This document shows positions 29,094-39,231 of a stretch of 64,000 nucleotides of DNA, one piece after another (the stretch's first letter is position 1; each line of letters begins with the position of its first letter). The stretch spans positions 2,845 through 66,844 of the forward strand of contig JAEVYY010000004.1 in assembly GCA_023392535.1 (NCBI GenBank). The letters run 5' to 3'. The notes beneath the pieces are model-generated. The model was not told the DNA's origin. It searched no databases and saw nothing but the letters and a program-made list of their open reading frames with translations. The position numbers were made by a program, and so were the translations under genes. The stretch comes from Bacillota bacterium (GTDB taxonomy: Bacteria; Bacillota; Clostridia; Lachnospirales; Lachnospiraceae).

Positions 29094-30587
29094 GTGGGCG
29101 AAGTAATATTAAGGATGGAAGGTATCGATAAATCTTTTCCAGGCGTACATGCACTTGATCATGTGAATCTGGAAGTGAAAAAAGGCGAAGTTCATGCGTT
29201 GATGGGAGAAAACGGAGCAGGGAAATCAACGCTGATGAAAGTCTTAACAGGAATTTATAGCAAAGATGAAGGAATTATTCTATACGAAGGGAAAGAAGTA
29301 GAATTCACGAATCCTAGAGAGGCACAAAAGGAAGGGATCATTATCGTTCACCAAGAACTTAATATGTTGAATCATCTAACGGTGGCTCAAAATATTTTTA
29401 TTGGGCGGGAGCCAAGAAAACGCAATATTATCGATGATGCAAAAATGAATGATGATGCAAGAAAACTATTTGAACGTCTTCACATAGATATCGATCCAAC
29501 CGAAAATATGGGGAAATTAACAGTTGGAAAGCAGCAAATGTGTGAGATAGCAAAGGCCATTTCGCACGAAGCAAAAGTAATTGTGTTTGACGAACCTTCT
29601 GCCGCGTTGACGGAATCAGAGATTGAAGAACTATTTAAGATCATAAGGGATCTTAAAAATAAAGGAATGGGGATTGTCTATATCTCACACAGAATGGATG
29701 AAATCAAGGTTATTACGGACCGGGTAACGGTTATGAGAGATGGTGGATATGTAGGTACCCTGATTACGGAAGAATGTACCAAAGATGACATTATCAATAG
29801 GATGGTAGGACGTGTCATTTATGAAGAGCCAAAAATAAAAAGTGCGGTGGCAAAAAATGCTCCGGTTGTTCTCAAAGTAGAAAACATGAACGCTGGTAAA
29901 TTAGTACGTAATATTAGTTTTGAATTACGGAAAGGAGAAATTCTTGGGTTTTCTGGTTTGATGGGGGCTGGCAGAACAGAGACTGCAAGAGCCTTGTTTG
30001 GTGCAGATCCGAAAGAAAGCGGGAATATCTATGTAAATGGCATCAAAGTAGAAATCAAAAATCCACAAGATGCTGTCAAACATGGTATTGGTTATCTTTC
30101 AGAAGATAGAAAAAGGTATGGAATCATAGTAGATAAGACGGTGGCAGAAAATTCTACGATGGCATCGTTGGACGATTATAGAAAGGGGCTCTTCATCAAT
30201 AAGAAAAAGGAAAAGAAAATTGCTCAGGATTATGTAGAATCTTTAAAGACCAAAACACCAAGTGTCGATGAGCTGGTAGTAAATCTTTCTGGAGGAAACC
30301 AGCAAAAAGTAGTAATTGCAAAATGGCTTGTTAAGAATTGTGACATTTTAATTTTTGATGAACCGACCAGAGGAATTGATGTGGGTGCCAAAAGCGAGAT
30401 CTATCATCTCATGAACAATTTGGTAGCGGAAGGGAAATCAATTATTATGATATCTTCAGAAATGTCGGAAGTTTTAAGAATGAGTGACCGGATAATTGTA
30501 ATGTGCGAAGGCAAACAGACCGGAGAAATCAACATAGAGGAAGCGACCCAGGAACGTATTATGAGGGCAGCGACACTACGAAATTAG
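29094..30587 (+). CDS. sugar ABC transporter ATP-binding protein (tandem ABC domains)
   Basis: Walker A GENGAGKST, signature LSGGNQQK, and a second nucleotide-binding domain. 497 aa. Confidence 0.9.
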   Translation: MGEVILRMEGIDKSFPGVHALDHVNLEVKKGEVHALMGENGAGKSTLMKVLTGIYSKDEGIILYEGKEVEFTNPREAQKEGIIIVHQELNMLNHLTVAQNIFIGREPRKRNIIDDAKMNDDARKLFERLHIDIDPTENMGKLTVGKQQMCEIAKAISHEAKVIVFDEPSAALTESEIEELFKIIRDLKNKGMGIVYISHRMDEIKVITDRVTVMRDGGYVGTLITEECTKDDIINRMVGRVIYEEPKIKSAVAKNAPVVLKVENMNAGKLVRNISFELRKGEILGFSGLMGAGRTETARALFGADPKESGNIYVNGIKVEIKNPQDAVKHGIGYLSEDRKRYGIIVDKTVAENSTMASLDDYRKGLFINKKKEKKIAQDYVESLKTKTPSVDELVVNLSGGNQQKVVIAKWLVKNCDILIFDEPTRGIDVGAKSEIYHLMNNLVAEGKSIIMISSEMSEVLRMSDRIIVMCEGKQTGEINIEEATQERIMRAATLRN

Positions 30588-30600
30588 GAGGAATGGAATA

Positions 30601-31602
30601 ATGACTGACAGGAAAGGAAAAGGAAATGCTTTTACGAATAATCCGATCGTCAAAGCGATCGGTACGCAAAAAATCGTAGTAGTCTTAGTACTTCTTGCTC
30701 TGTTTGGATTCTTCTGTTTGATGAGTCCTGCATTTAGGAGCTACTCAACTATTTTAAGTATTTTTGACTACTCATACTATATCACCTTTATGGCGATAGG
30801 TGTCACTTTTGCACTGATTACAGGGGGCGTTGATCTCTCCATTGGTACTGGTATGATTTGCTATGGCTTAGTTGGTGGATATTTAATTACGCATAAGGGA
30901 ATGCCCGTGATCGTTGGGATCTTTGTAACAATTCTGATTGGAATCCTATTTGGCTTCTTAAATGGAATATCAGTTGCGGTACTGAATTTGCCTCCTTTTA
31001 TCGCGACCTTAGGTACCATGATGGTTGTAAGGGGATTAGGTTCCATAATAACAGGAGGTATCAGTATCACCTGGCCACCTGCAGCATCGGAACAAGGATG
31101 GTTTCGTACCATTTTTAAAATGGATGCAGGAAATACAAAATTTCCGATTGGGTTCGTTTGGGTCATACTAATCGTTATATTCATGTCACTGATTTTGAAT
31201 AAAACAAGAATTGGGCGTTACATCATTGCAATTGGAAGTAACAAAGAAGCTACAAGACTTTCCGGTGTAAATGTCGTGAAATACCACATGATGGCTTATC
31301 TTATATCGGGACTGTTTACTGGAATTGCAGCGGTTGCATACGCCGCTACCTTTCAGGCCGTTTCGCCAGGGACAGGAGCAGGATTGGAATTGGATGCCAT
31401 TGGTGGTGCCATAATTGGGGGAACCTCTATGACAGGAGGGTACGGTTCCATCGTTGGAACATTATTAGGTGTATTTATCATGTCTATGTTAAAAACAGGA
31501 CTTCCATTTATTGGACTTCAGGCTAACTGGCAGCAAATCATAACAGGATTGATCTTGATCGGAGCTGTATTAATGGATGTAATGAAGAAGAACAAGACAT
31601 GA
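30601..31602 (+). CDS. monosaccharide ABC transporter permease (second permease)
   Basis: TGGVDLSIG and IGSNKEATRLSGVNV blocks. Paralog of the gene at 28072-29055. Confidence 0.8.
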   Translation: MTDRKGKGNAFTNNPIVKAIGTQKIVVVLVLLALFGFFCLMSPAFRSYSTILSIFDYSYYITFMAIGVTFALITGGVDLSIGTGMICYGLVGGYLITHKGMPVIVGIFVTILIGILFGFLNGISVAVLNLPPFIATLGTMMVVRGLGSIITGGISITWPPAASEQGWFRTIFKMDAGNTKFPIGFVWVILIVIFMSLILNKTRIGRYIIAIGSNKEATRLSGVNVVKYHMMAYLISGLFTGIAAVAYAATFQAVSPGTGAGLELDAIGGAIIGGTSMTGGYGSIVGTLLGVFIMSMLKTGLPFIGLQANWQQIITGLILIGAVLMDVMKKNKT

Positions 31603-31667
31603 ACAGGATTCAGATATGTGCCACATGGGGTGGATTGCATATAAAAAAACAAATAGGAGGATTTTAC

Positions 31668-32825
31668 ATGAAAAAGAAGATTTTAGCTACGGTACTCTCT
31701 GTAACAATGGTGGCAGCAATGCTGGCTGGATGTGGATCGAAGCCTACATCTACAGAAAATCCAGACACCGCGGCTCCGGCAGCAGAAACGTCTGAAGCAA
31801 AAGAGTCTGAGGCAAGTGAAGCAACGGCATCTGCATCAAGTGATCTGAGCTTTGAGATTGTTTCAAAAGGCTTCCAACATCAATATTGGCAGGCTGTTTT
31901 AAAAGGTGCGCAATCAAAAGCAGAGGAGCTCGGTGTGAAGATCAATTTTGTAGGGCCTAACTCAGAATCGGATATTGCTGATCAAGTGCAGATGTTAAAC
32001 AGTGCGATCAATGCAAAACCAGCAGCCATCGGTCTTGCGGCACTTGATACAAGTGCCTGTCTGGATGCAATACAGACAGCAAAAGATTCCGGAATACCGA
32101 TTATCGGATTTGACTCAGGTGTTCCTGATGCTCCAGAAGGTGCTGTTTATGCAAATTGCGCAACAGATAATTATGCGGCGGGAGAAATGGCTGCCGTTAA
32201 TATGTTTGAAGCAATCAAAGATAGAATTGCAAATGCAAGTGGAACAGTAAGAATCGGTGTTCTTTCTCAAGACGCAACTTCTGAATCAGTGGGAAGCCGT
32301 GGCCTCGGATTTATTGATAAAATGGCTGAATTAGTAATAGCTACTGGCAAAACGGTAAATGTAGAAGGCAATGATAAATTTGTTAACGGTTCCAAATGTG
32401 AAAAGACACAAGGTGCAAATGTTGCCATTGAGGTATTGGTACCTGCTCAGGTCACTTCAGAACTTTCTTCCATCGATTGTCAGACGTTATTAAATAAAGC
32501 TGATACCATTGCTGTTTATGGATCTAATCAACATTCAGGTGAAGCAATGGTAACTGCAAATGAAAACCTGAATAAATTTGGTACCGGAGATTCCAACATT
32601 ATTGGTGTTGCATTTGATTCCGGAGCTGTCATCAAAGCGGCAGTAAAAGACGGCACTTTCTTAGGTGCGGTTACACAGGCACCGGTAGCGATGGGGGAAG
32701 CATTGGTACAGTCTTTATATGATGTTGCAAATGGAAAGACGGTATCGGATGTTGATACGGGATGTCAATGGTATCATGCAGGTAATATGGATGATGCAGA
32801 AATCGCACAAAATCTATATGATTAA
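31668..32825 (+). CDS. sugar ABC transporter substrate-binding lipoprotein
   Basis: Signal peptide with lipobox (MLAGCGS), an S/A/E-rich linker, then an RbsB-like binding fold. ATG at 31668 follows AGGAGG; the ORF-track start at 31599 is rejected. Confidence 0.8.
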   Translation: MKKKILATVLSVTMVAAMLAGCGSKPTSTENPDTAAPAAETSEAKESEASEATASASSDLSFEIVSKGFQHQYWQAVLKGAQSKAEELGVKINFVGPNSESDIADQVQMLNSAINAKPAAIGLAALDTSACLDAIQTAKDSGIPIIGFDSGVPDAPEGAVYANCATDNYAAGEMAAVNMFEAIKDRIANASGTVRIGVLSQDATSESVGSRGLGFIDKMAELVIATGKTVNVEGNDKFVNGSKCEKTQGANVAIEVLVPAQVTSELSSIDCQTLLNKADTIAVYGSNQHSGEAMVTANENLNKFGTGDSNIIGVAFDSGAVIKAAVKDGTFLGAVTQAPVAMGEALVQSLYDVANGKTVSDVDTGCQWYHAGNMDDAEIAQNLYD

Positions 32826-32887
32826 TTTTAGCAGAATGTGAAATTAAACCAGCAATCCAATTCGCTTGTCGAACATAATGATTAGAA

Positions 32888-32915
32888 GAATGCCCCATTT
32901 AATGGGGCATTCTTT
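32888..32915 (+). terminator. rho-independent terminator after the ABC transporter operon
   Basis: gaatgcccca / tggggcattc stem followed by TTTAT. Confidence 0.7.
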
Positions 32916-32933
32916 ATCAAGAGGGAGAAATAC

Positions 32934-34697
32934 ATGAGCCAATTAAAATACAAAAGCAGTAAACTTCTAAAAACAGGCAGAAGCGGAGTGAAAACAAGTA
33001 TAGCGAAAAAGTTATTATCAGTTTTTGGAATCACGATGACAGTCATGCTTATTATGATGATCGTCTTTATAGTGAAAGTATGGAAGTTTAATCTTCAATA
33101 TCAGGAAATGCTTGAAAATGTATATAAAGTGAATTATATAAAAACAGAAAGTTTAGCACAACCGAATAGAATGATGAGTGTTTGTATCGGACAAAAAGAG
33201 ATAGAAGAATCCGGAGAAATTGTTATTGCATATACGATGATGCAATATTTGGCAGAGGTGTCTGAGAGTATAGGGGATGACTCTGACTTTCAGGGAAACC
33301 AGGGTATGGTCAGTGCAATCAAAGAACCACTCGTGCAATATGTTGCATTAATAAATCAGATTGCTGAAAAAGGAGAGAATGGGCGTTTTCCTCCTCTTGA
33401 GAGTGAAGTATCGGATATCATTCAGCAGATGTTCCAGGTGAATGCGACGATATCAACTTATTGTGGCAATCTGATTGCAATGGAGTTGGACAGAAGTCAG
33501 GTATTACAGCAAAGAATCAGTACGGACTTTGAAAGTATGATAATTATTATGGTAGTCATTTTCTTTCTGGTATTATTTCTTGGCATGCTGCTATGCATTA
33601 ATGTGATTCGTAATATTACGTCACAGATAAGAAAATTAAATAAAGAGATCATTATCGTAGCAGACGGAGATTTATCCAGAGAAAATATAAGCGTTAGAAC
33701 CAATGACGAGATCAAAGATCTGGCAGAAGCATTTAATCATATGAGTGGAGGACTGAGAGAGATTATTTCAAAAGTCATAAGTGTAGCAGATGAAATTGAC
33801 CATTCTGCACAGATAGTGAGTAAGAGCGTTGCGGAAAATTCAAAAGGAAGTATAGGAATTGCAGAGGCAATTGATGATATGTCAATCTTGATGAGCAAAC
33901 AGGATGAGGAATCAGTTCAAGCAATACAGTATGTGAGCAGAATGGGCAGTGTATCTAAGCAAATCAGTGAAGGTATGAAAAGTATCAATCATAATGCAGA
34001 TATTTCTTTAGAGCGTGCAGAAAAGGGAAGCACGAATATTGATCAGTATGTATTACAATTGTCCCAGGTAAACGGGATTATGAAACAGATGGCAGATGTT
34101 GCAAATAATCTCAATACAAGTACTCAGGAAATGAATACTATTTTAGATTCTATTGTAGCAATTTCGAATCAGACAAGTTTGCTTTCACTAAATGCGTCTA
34201 TTGAGGCGGCAAGGGCAGGAGAAGCGGGCAGGGGATTTGCAGTCGTCGCTACCGAAATTCGTAAACTGGCTGAAGATACGCAGACAGCTACAGGAAGAAT
34301 AAATACCATTATTGAGAAGGTTCGGGATGATGTGATTTGTATGACAGAAAAAATGCTAGATGGGCTGCAGCAATTAGAAAAGAGCAATCAGATTGCAAAT
34401 GTTACAAAAGAAAGTTTCCATGAAATAAAAGAAGGAAATGTAATCGTAAATCAAGATATTGCAACTATTACAAAAAACATCCAGGATATGGATGAGATGG
34501 TGGAAAAGGTAATCGCAAGTGTAAAAAGCATAGGAAGATCTATCACAGAAAATGCCAATACAACTACTGATATCGCATCAACAGTGGCTGAAGAAACAGC
34601 AAATCTGGAAGAAGTAACGGCAATTGCCAGTACTCTTGAAAATCTGGCAGGGGATTTACATCAGACAATTATGAAATTTAAACTTTCACAAGAATAA
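32934..34697 (+). CDS. methyl-accepting chemotaxis protein
   Basis: Two TM segments flank a sensor domain of about 160 aa, followed by HAMP and the conserved signalling hairpin ([34 protein letters not shown]). Confidence 0.85.
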   Translation: MSQLKYKSSKLLKTGRSGVKTSIAKKLLSVFGITMTVMLIMMIVFIVKVWKFNLQYQEMLENVYKVNYIKTESLAQPNRMMSVCIGQKEIEESGEIVIAYTMMQYLAEVSESIGDDSDFQGNQGMVSAIKEPLVQYVALINQIAEKGENGRFPPLESEVSDIIQQMFQVNATISTYCGNLIAMELDRSQVLQQRISTDFESMIIIMVVIFFLVLFLGMLLCINVIRNITSQIRKLNKEIIIVADGDLSRENISVRTNDEIKDLAEAFNHMSGGLREIISKVISVADEIDHSAQIVSKSVAENSKGSIGIAEAIDDMSILMSKQDEESVQAIQYVSRMGSVSKQISEGMKSINHNADISLERAEKGSTNIDQYVLQLSQVNGIMKQMADVANNLNTSTQEMNTILDSIVAISNQTSLLSLNASIEAARAGEAGRGFAVVATEIRKLAEDTQTATGRINTIIEKVRDDVICMTEKMLDGLQQLEKSNQIANVTKESFHEIKEGNVIVNQDIATITKNIQDMDEMVEKVIASVKSIGRSITENANTTTDIASTVAEETANLEEVTAIASTLENLAGDLHQTIMKFKLSQE

Positions 34698-34721
34698 AGA
34701 TCAAAATTAATTTTTAGAATA

Positions 34722-34812
34722 CAAAAGTCAATAAACAACACATAAAACAACATAAATAAATAAAATAACAACAAAAACACAACGTATATCATGACGTATT
34801 TATTGACTTTTG
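34722..34812. repeat. 14-bp perfect inverted repeat (caaaagtcaataaa / tttattgacttttg) flanking a 63-nt C/A-rich, G-poor spacer
   Basis: Read directly from the sequence. The right arm contains the -35 hexamer of the GRE promoter candidate. Confidence 0.7.
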
Positions 34813-34831
34813 AAATAAGGAGATTTATACT
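34803..34831 (+). promoter_or_regulatory. candidate sigma-70-type promoter (TTGACT-17-TATACT) for the GRE / activase / pduU-like genes
   Basis: Near-consensus hexamers with 17-nt spacing, about 50 nt upstream of the GRE start. Confidence 0.5.
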
Positions 34832-34879
34832 TAATAAATGTCATTCACTTAAAAATTGCATAGGGAAGGAGCAATGAGC

Positions 34880-37405
34880 ATGAAAAAGTATGATAAGAAT
34901 GAAATTTCCAAAACAGACAGAATTACGCATCTTGTGGAAGATCTTTTTGCAAAGGTTCCGGAAATTGAATCAGCAAGAGCCAGGCTGATAACGGAATCTT
35001 ATAAATCTACAGAAGGGAAGCCAATCATAATCAGAAGAGCAAAGGCGTTTTCCCATATCTTAAAGAACATTCCGATTTTGATACGTGAGGAAGAGTTGAT
35101 TGTAGGAAGTACGACATTGGCTCCAAGGGGATGTCAGACATTTCCTGAATTTTCTTATGAATGGTTAGAAGCGGAATTTGAAACAGTGGCTTTAAGATCG
35201 GCAGATCCTTTTTTTATATCGGAACAGACAAAGAGGGAGTTATTGGATGTACACCCTTACTGGAAAGGAAAAACGACCAGCGAAAGAGCAACTGCTTATA
35301 TGGCAAAGGAAGCACTGGAAGCGATTCATCATAATATATTTACACCGGGAAATTATTTTTACAATGGTATAGGTCATATCAGTGTGCAATATGATAAGGT
35401 ATTGGCAATTGGATTTGATGGAATCCGAAAAGAGGCTATCAAAGAACTTGAAAAGTGCCATTTGGGAGACAGTGACTATGCGAAAAGGTCCAGATTTTTA
35501 GAAGCTGTTATAATCAGTTGTGAAGCAGCGATCGGGTATGCCAAACGGTATGCCCGATTGGCAAAAGAGATGGCAGAAACAACTGCGGATTTAAATCGGA
35601 GAGGTGAGTTGTTACATATATCAAAAAATTGCAGTAGAGTACCCGAATATGGTGCTACAAGTTTTTATGAAGCATGTCAAAGTTTTTGGTTTGTACAGCA
35701 ATTATTACAGATAGAATCAAGTGGACACTCGATATCTCCAGGTCGATTTGACCAATATATGTATCCTTATTACCTTAGAGATTTGAAAGAAGGAGTGTTA
35801 TCAAGAGAACAGGCCCAGGAACTTATTGATTGCATTTGGGTGAAACTGAACGACTTGAATAAATGCCGGGATGCTGTAAGTGCGGAAGGTTTTGCAGGAT
35901 ATTCTCTATTTCAGAACCTGATTGTTGGAGGACAAAACAAAGAGGGGCTGGATGCAACAAATGATTTATCATTTATGTGCATCAGTGCGTCAAAACACGT
36001 ATTTTTGCCTCAACCTTCCTTATCGATTCGTGTTTGGAATGGTTCTCCACATGATTTATTGGTAAAGGCAGCGGAATTGACCAGGACAGGAATTGGATTT
36101 CCCGCGTATTTCAACGATGAAGTCATAATCCCATCTTTGCTAAATCGAGGTCTTTCTTTGGAAGATGCAAGAGATTATGCCATCATAGGATGCGTAGAAC
36201 CGCAAAAAGCAGGAAAAACAGATGGATGGCATGATGCTGCTTTTTTTAATATGTGCCGTCCATTGGAACTCGTCTTCTCAAACGGTAAAGATAAAGGAAA
36301 ACAGATTAGTATTCAAACAGGTCGTGTAGAAGAAATGCAGTCTTTTGAAACATTTTACAACGCTTATAAAGAGCAGATGAAATATCAGATATCGTTATTG
36401 GTCAATGCAGATAATGCAATTGATGTAGCGCATTCCGAATTGTGCCCTCTTCCATTCGAATCCAGTATGGTAGAAGATTGCATTAAGAGAGGAAAATCAT
36501 TGCAAGAGGGTGGGGCAGTCTATAACTTCACAGGACCGCAGGGATTTGGAATTGCGAATATGGCGGATGGGCTTTATGCAATAAAGACATTGGTTTATGA
36601 AGAGAAAAAAATAGGAATGTCCGAATTGAAAAAGGCACTTATCATGAATTATGGAAAAGGATTCACGCAGGCTAGCGCAGCAGAACTGGCGATAGCGATA
36701 ATTCATGAAATGGCTGCAAAAGGTAAGACAGTGAGGGAAACAGAAATCGCTTCTATTGTAAAGAACATCATCAATTTAGAAATGACTTCTGAAGAAAAGA
36801 ACAGATTTGAAGATATTTTGAATCAGATATTGGAATTACCCAAATATGGAAATGATGTGGAAGAAGTAGATATTTTAGCGAGAGACGTGGCATTTACCTA
36901 CACAAAACCGCTGGAATCTTATAAAAATCCCCGAGGCGGTATCTACCAGGCAGGACTCTATCCGGTATCTGCAAATGTCCCGCTCGGTGCGCATACTGGA
37001 GCCACACCGGACGGGCGTCTTTCCAATACTCCGATAGCAGATGGAGTTTCGCCAACAGCGGGAAGAGATGCCAACGGTCCTACCGCAGCGGCAAATTCAG
37101 TTGCTAAGTTAGATCATGGGATGGCATCCAATGGTACTCTGTTCAACATGAAATTTCATCCATCTGCCTTAGGTGGAGAAAAAGGATTGGATAATTTTGT
37201 AACCTTGGTCCGAACTTATTTTGAGAAAAAAGGGAGCCATATGCAATTCAATGTTGTGGATAGAAAAACATTGTTAGATGCACAGGAAGATCCAGAAAAA
37301 TACAAGAATTTGGTGGTCCGTGTCGCTGGATATAGTGCTTTGTTTACCACCCTTTCAAAATCATTGCAAGATGATATCATTAAAAGGACGGAACAAGGAT
37401 TTTAA
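34880..37405 (+). CDS. glycyl radical enzyme, B12-independent 1,2-propanediol dehydratase type
   Basis: PFL-like fold. C-terminal glycyl radical motif VVRVAGYSALF and catalytic Cys loop IIGCVEPQ. Long blocks match my recollection of the Roseburia inulinivorans diol dehydratase (GSTTLAPRGCQTFPEFSYEWLEAEFETV, QIESSGHSISPGRFDQYMYPYY). ATG at 34880 lies 8 nt after GGAAGGAG. Confidence 0.85.
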   Translation: MKKYDKNEISKTDRITHLVEDLFAKVPEIESARARLITESYKSTEGKPIIIRRAKAFSHILKNIPILIREEELIVGSTTLAPRGCQTFPEFSYEWLEAEFETVALRSADPFFISEQTKRELLDVHPYWKGKTTSERATAYMAKEALEAIHHNIFTPGNYFYNGIGHISVQYDKVLAIGFDGIRKEAIKELEKCHLGDSDYAKRSRFLEAVIISCEAAIGYAKRYARLAKEMAETTADLNRRGELLHISKNCSRVPEYGATSFYEACQSFWFVQQLLQIESSGHSISPGRFDQYMYPYYLRDLKEGVLSREQAQELIDCIWVKLNDLNKCRDAVSAEGFAGYSLFQNLIVGGQNKEGLDATNDLSFMCISASKHVFLPQPSLSIRVWNGSPHDLLVKAAELTRTGIGFPAYFNDEVIIPSLLNRGLSLEDARDYAIIGCVEPQKAGKTDGWHDAAFFNMCRPLELVFSNGKDKGKQISIQTGRVEEMQSFETFYNAYKEQMKYQISLLVNADNAIDVAHSELCPLPFESSMVEDCIKRGKSLQEGGAVYNFTGPQGFGIANMADGLYAIKTLVYEEKKIGMSELKKALIMNYGKGFTQASAAELAIAIIHEMAAKGKTVRETEIASIVKNIINLEMTSEEKNRFEDILNQILELPKYGNDVEEVDILARDVAFTYTKPLESYKNPRGGIYQAGLYPVSANVPLGAHTGATPDGRLSNTPIADGVSPTAGRDANGPTAAANSVAKLDHGMASNGTLFNMKFHPSALGGEKGLDNFVTLVRTYFEKKGSHMQFNVVDRKTLLDAQEDPEKYKNLVVRVAGYSALFTTLSKSLQDDIIKRTEQGF

Positions 37406-37426
37406 GAGTGTGGAAGGAATATACCT

Positions 37427-38218
37427 ATGGATTATTTACGTACAAAAGGAAGGATTTTTGATATACAAAGATATTCTATCCATGATGGGAAGGGAATCAG
37501 AACGATTGTTTTTTTAAAGGGATGTGTACTCCGTTGCAAATGGTGCTGTAACCCGGAATCGCAGGAATATGAGATTCAGACAATGCTCGTACAGGGAAAG
37601 CCGGTCATAACGGGACGAGATGTAACCGTAGGGGAAGTAATGGATATCGTAAAGAAAGATTTCGCCTATTATCAAAGATCGGGAGGTGGTCTGACACTTT
37701 CGGGTGGAGAAAGTTTATGTCAACCTAATTTTACGCTAGATCTTCTGCGTGCGGCTAAAGAAGAGTGGATCAGTACAGCCATGGAAAGCATGGGGTTCGC
37801 AGAATACGAAGTAATTGAAAGACTGCTTCCTTATCTTGACTATTATTTGCTGGATATAAAGCATATGAATCCAGTAAAGCATGAAGCATTCACTGGAAAA
37901 AGAAATGAACTGATGTTGGAGAATGCAAGAAAAATAGCCAAATCAGGATTGACCGAATTGAGCATAAGGGTTCCTGTCGTACCTGGTTTTAATGATACGA
38001 TGGAAGAAATTCAGGAAATCGCACAATTTACGGCAAGTCTTTCCGGTGTAAATATGATTTATCTACTCCCTTATCATCGATTAGGGCAGGATAAATATAA
38101 AAGTCTCAATAGAGAATATTCTTTAAAAGAAATCAAACCACCGTCAACAGAGCATATGCAACTGTTAAAAAGATCTGTGGAACTGACAACGGGACTTACC
38201 TGTCAGATTGGTGGTTAG
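37427..38218 (+). CDS. glycyl-radical enzyme activating protein (radical SAM), short form
   Basis: CVLRCKWC (CX3CX2C) radical-SAM cluster motif and a GGE SAM-binding motif (LSGGESL). Only 263 aa, with no additional Cys-rich ferredoxin-like insert. Confidence 0.85.
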   Translation: MDYLRTKGRIFDIQRYSIHDGKGIRTIVFLKGCVLRCKWCCNPESQEYEIQTMLVQGKPVITGRDVTVGEVMDIVKKDFAYYQRSGGGLTLSGGESLCQPNFTLDLLRAAKEEWISTAMESMGFAEYEVIERLLPYLDYYLLDIKHMNPVKHEAFTGKRNELMLENARKIAKSGLTELSIRVPVVPGFNDTMEEIQEIAQFTASLSGVNMIYLLPYHRLGQDKYKSLNREYSLKEIKPPSTEHMQLLKRSVELTTGLTCQIGG

Positions 38219-38261
38219 AAAAAGAATATCTATTACTATCATGTAATCAGGAGGAAGTGGT

Positions 38262-38630
38262 ATGGAGTATAGGGATCATGAATGCAAGCAGAGGATTGTG
38301 CAGGAATTAGTTCCTGGTAAACAAGTATCTTTAGCGCATATTATCGCAAATCCAGATAAGATTCTGTATGAAAAACTTGGACTTACTTTTGGTAGGGATG
38401 ACAGGAAATCGGCAATCGGAATAATGACAATTAGTCCGGCGGAAACGGCAATTATCATTGCTGATATAGCATTGAAGTCCGCTGGAGTTACATTAGAAGT
38501 CGTAGACCATTTAAGTGGATCTCTTGTCGTCGCAGGTACAGTATCGGAAGTCGAGACAGCGGTTCAGGCAATCTTACAATACACACAGGTGCAATTAGGT
38601 TTTGAGGTCTGTAGAATAACCAGAACTTGA
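38262..38630 (+). CDS. circularly permuted BMC shell protein, PduU/EutS type
   Basis: KQRIVQELVPGKQVSLAHIIANP ... AIGIMTISPAETAIIIADIALKSAGV closely parallels EutS/PduU. Confidence 0.8.
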   Translation: MEYRDHECKQRIVQELVPGKQVSLAHIIANPDKILYEKLGLTFGRDDRKSAIGIMTISPAETAIIIADIALKSAGVTLEVVDHLSGSLVVAGTVSEVETAVQAILQYTQVQLGFEVCRITRT

Positions 38631-38802
38631 CTTGAGTTGAGGAATAAGATAAAATATATATCATAATAATAATCAAAAGAACCGTTATAGTGAGTCAGTC
38701 TATGAAGGGCTTTTATTTCTTACATTAGCAATATGTAAAAATGAAAGTGCCTTTTTTTATTATTACGACTAATTTAACGGGAGAACAGAAGGAGTACTCG
38801 CT

Positions 38803-39210
38803 ATGTCTATGAATATTTATATTACAAATATGGATAAGGACAGGATTGAGAAAATTATGGATAAGATGTCTGAAAGTCAGCGATTATCAGATGAATCGGC
38901 TAAAAAACTTATAAAAGAGATCAGCAGGGCTGTGGTAGTTGATTCAAAGCAGGTCTCTGAGGATGTTATCACCATGAACTCGAAGGCACTGTTACAGCTT
39001 AACGATGAAGACATGGAGGTTTCCTTGGTGTATCCGGAAGAAGCCGATTTTAGTTCCATGAAGCTATCGGTTTTTTCTCCTATAGGGACCGCTATTCTTG
39101 GTTATCAAGAAGGCAGTACCGTCGAATGGGAGGTACCATCAGGAAAAACAAAGATATACATAAAAAAAATAGTGTACCAGCCAGAAGCGGCTGGCCATTA
39201 TCACCTATGA
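38803..39210 (+). CDS. GreA/GreB C-terminal-domain family protein, Rnk-like (regulator of nucleoside diphosphate kinase)
   Basis: 135 aa. C-terminal FKBP-like block SVFSPIGTAILGYQEGSTVEWEVPSGKTKIYIKKIVYQPEA, typical of Rnk/GreA-CTD proteins. Confidence 0.65.
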   Translation: MSMNIYITNMDKDRIEKIMDKMSESQRLSDESAKKLIKEISRAVVVDSKQVSEDVITMNSKALLQLNDEDMEVSLVYPEEADFSSMKLSVFSPIGTAILGYQEGSTVEWEVPSGKTKIYIKKIVYQPEAAGHYHL

Positions 39211-39231
39211 TCTATAACGGGGCAGACGAAT

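Noticed and set aside
34736-34798. The C/A-rich repetitive tract, together with the similar tract at 39843-39904, considered as a CRISPR-like or tandem-repeat array
   Set aside because: The repeats are only hexamer-scale (ACAACA) and irregular. There is no repeat-spacer periodicity of 25-40 nt and there are no cas genes. The tracts are treated instead as promoter-associated low-complexity DNA.
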